A stretch of 64,000 nt of DNA from assembly GCA_038087875.1 (NCBI GenBank), contig JAXLNO010000705.1, forward strand, positions 1-64,000, written 5' to 3'. Below are positions 61,710-64,000 of the stretch, piece by piece; position 1 is the stretch's first letter, and each line of letters starts with the position of its first letter. Origin of the DNA: Malacoraja senta. Its lineage: Eukaryota. Both the position numbers and the translations under genes were made by a program. The notes beneath the pieces were generated by a model that had not been told where the DNA came from, made no database searches, and saw only the letters and a program-made list of their open reading frames with translations.

Positions 61710-63420
61710 CGGTACTGACATATGATGAAAGAATGGATCGACTGGGCTTGTATTCACTGGAATTCCGAAGGATGAGAGGAAATCTTATAGAGACATATAA
61801 AATTATTAAGGGATTGGACACGCTAGATGCAGGAAACATGTTCCCGATGTTGGGGGAGTCCAGAACCAGGGGGTAGAATAAGGGGTAGGCCACTTAAGAA
61901 CTGAGATGAGGAAAAACTTTTTCACTCGGAGTTGTGAATTTGTGGAATTCCCTGCCTCAGAAGGCAATGGAGGCCGATTCACTGGATGCATTCAAAAGAG
62001 AGTTAGATGGTGCTCTTCGGGCTAGCGGAATCAAGGGATATGGGGAGAAGGCAGGAACGGGGTACTGATTGGGGATGATCAGCCAAGATCACATTGAATG
62101 GTGGTGCTGGCTCGAACGACCGAATGGCCTACTCCTGCACCTAGTTATGTATCGATGTATCTATGTATCATCCTTCTAAATTCCAGTGAATATAAGCCCA
62201 GACGACCCATTCGTTGATCATATGACAGTCCCACCATCCCAGGAATTAACTTGGTGAACCTACGCTGCACTCCCTCAATAGCAAGAGTGTTCTTCCTCAA
62301 ATTAGGAGCACAAAACTGCACAAAGTACTCCAGGTGTGGTCTCACCAGGGCCCTGTACAACTGCAATAGGACCTCCCTAATCCTATACTCAAATCCTCCT
62401 CCTGCACTCCAAGGAATAGAATCCCGGCCTGCTCAACCTCTCCCGAAAGTAGCTCATGACCTCGAGGCCTGGCAACAGCTTCGTAGATGTACTGTACGAT
62501 AATAACTTTTCTAAGAAGTTGTGGGAGGGGATGATTCATCTGATGCAGGTACATGCCCACTTGGCAGATGTTCACAGGCTTGGTATTTTCGGTTATGTTT
62601 ACTGAGACCAAGAGTTTAAAAGCAAGGAAACTACACTAAATATTTGCAATGTTTGATCAGCTCTGGTTTAGTTTAGTTTAAAACAGCGTGAAAACAGGCC
62701 ATTCGGCCCACCGAGTCCGCACTGACCAGTGATCACTCATACACTAGTTCTATACTCCACACTAGCGACTATGTTATTCCATTTGTCATGTAACTGTACA
62801 CGGCTTGATTGTAATCATGTATTGTCTTTCCACTGACTCGGTGGCATGCAATAAAAGCTTTCAGTACACAGACGTCCCCTAATTTGAGGAAGGACATTCT
62901 TGCTATTGAGGGAGTGCAGCGTAGGTTTACAAGGTTAATTCCCGGGATGGCGGGACTGTCATATGCTGAGAGAATGGAGCGGCTGGGCTTGTATACTCTG
63001 GAGTTTAGAAGGTTGAGAGGGGATCTCATTGAAACATAAAAGATTGTTAAGGGCTTGGACACGCTAGAGGCAGGAAACATGTTCCCGATGTTAGGGGAGT
63101 CTAGAACCAGGGGCCACAGTTTAAGAATAAGGAGTAAGCCATTTAGAACGGAGACGAGGAAACACTTTTTCTTACAGAAAGCGGTGTCTGTGGAATTCCC
63201 TGCCTCAGATGGCAGTGGAGGCAGGTTCTCTGGATGCTTTCAAGAGAGAGCTAGATAGGGCTCTTAAAGATAGCGGAGTCAGGGGATATGGGGAGAAGGC
63301 AGGAACGGGGTACTGATTGGGGATGATCAGCCATGATCACATTGAATGGCGGTGCTGGCTCGAAGGGCCGAATGACCTAATCCTGCACATATTGTCTATT
63401 GTCTATTGTCTATTGTCTAT
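61710..63420. mobile_element. CR1 3' fragments (61710-62145 +, 62160-62395 -, 62878-63420 +)
   Basis: RT C-terminal motifs and tails. Confidence 0.88.
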
Positions 63421-63707
63421 AAACCAAATGAACCTATCTAAAGATTTACAGAAGCCAATTGACCTACATACCTGCATGTCTTTGGCAAGTGGGCGGAAAC
63501 CAGAGCACCTGGAGAAAACCCAGGCGGTCACAGGGAGAACGTACAAACTCCGTACAGACAGCACTGTAAATGGCTCGATTGTAATCATGTATTGTCTTTC
63601 TGCTGTTTAGGAAAGAACTGCAGATGCTGTAATTAATGGAAGGTAGACAAAACATGCTGGAGAAACTCAGCGGGTGAGGCAGCATCTATGGGGAGAAGGA
63701 AATAGGC

Positions 63708-63735
63708 GACGTTTCGGGTCAAGACCCTTCTTCAG
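63708..63735 (-). ncRNA. Best-preserved hammerhead-ribozyme-like core in a Penelope pLTR
   Basis: CTGAAGA-A-GGGTcttgACCC-GAAA-CG-TC. Confidence 0.55.
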
Positions 63736-64000
63736 ACTCTGCTGACTGGATAGCAGGCAACAATAGCTTTCCACTGCACCACATGTGACAATAAGCTAAC
63801 TGAATTAAACCTGTAGTCAAGATCGAACCCGGGTCTCTGACGCTGTGAAGCAGCAACTCTACTGCTGCACCACTGTGCCACCTTGAAGTTTAATAGGAAC
63901 CTGAGGGGTAACTTTTTCACACAGAGAGTGGTGGATGTATGGAACGAGCTGCCAGAGGAGGCAGTTGCTGCTGTATAACAACATTGCAAAGACACATTCT

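Overview
Eukaryotic, non-microbial window made almost entirely of repeats. It is most likely from a cartilaginous fish (skate or ray), inferred from the dense HE1-like tRNA-derived SINEs that share a 3' tail with CR1/HER1-like LINEs. I could not recognise any host protein-coding gene, and nearly all ORFs in the track are transposon fragments, their antisense frames or chance ORFs. Main contents: two full-length but inactivated CR1 LINEs (13702-17924 +; 20185-~27250 -, with another CR1 nested in it) plus many 5'-truncated CR1 copies; a structurally complete DIRS1-type tyrosine-recombinase retrotransposon (57628-61695 -) with ITRs, an ICR and a reconstructable ATT recombination core; Penelope-like (GIY-YIG) fragments whose pLTRs carry hammerhead-ribozyme-like cores; a Gypsy LTR/PBS(tRNA-Trp)/gag relic; L1, Rex1 and Vingi fragments; hAT-, Harbinger- and P-like MITEs; GC-rich non-coding retroposons sharing a covarying stem-loop; a U1 snRNA pseudogene; several tandem arrays; and a 200-N assembly gap. 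Family names come from motif recognition by eye, not from database searches, and coordinates of degenerate elements are approximate.
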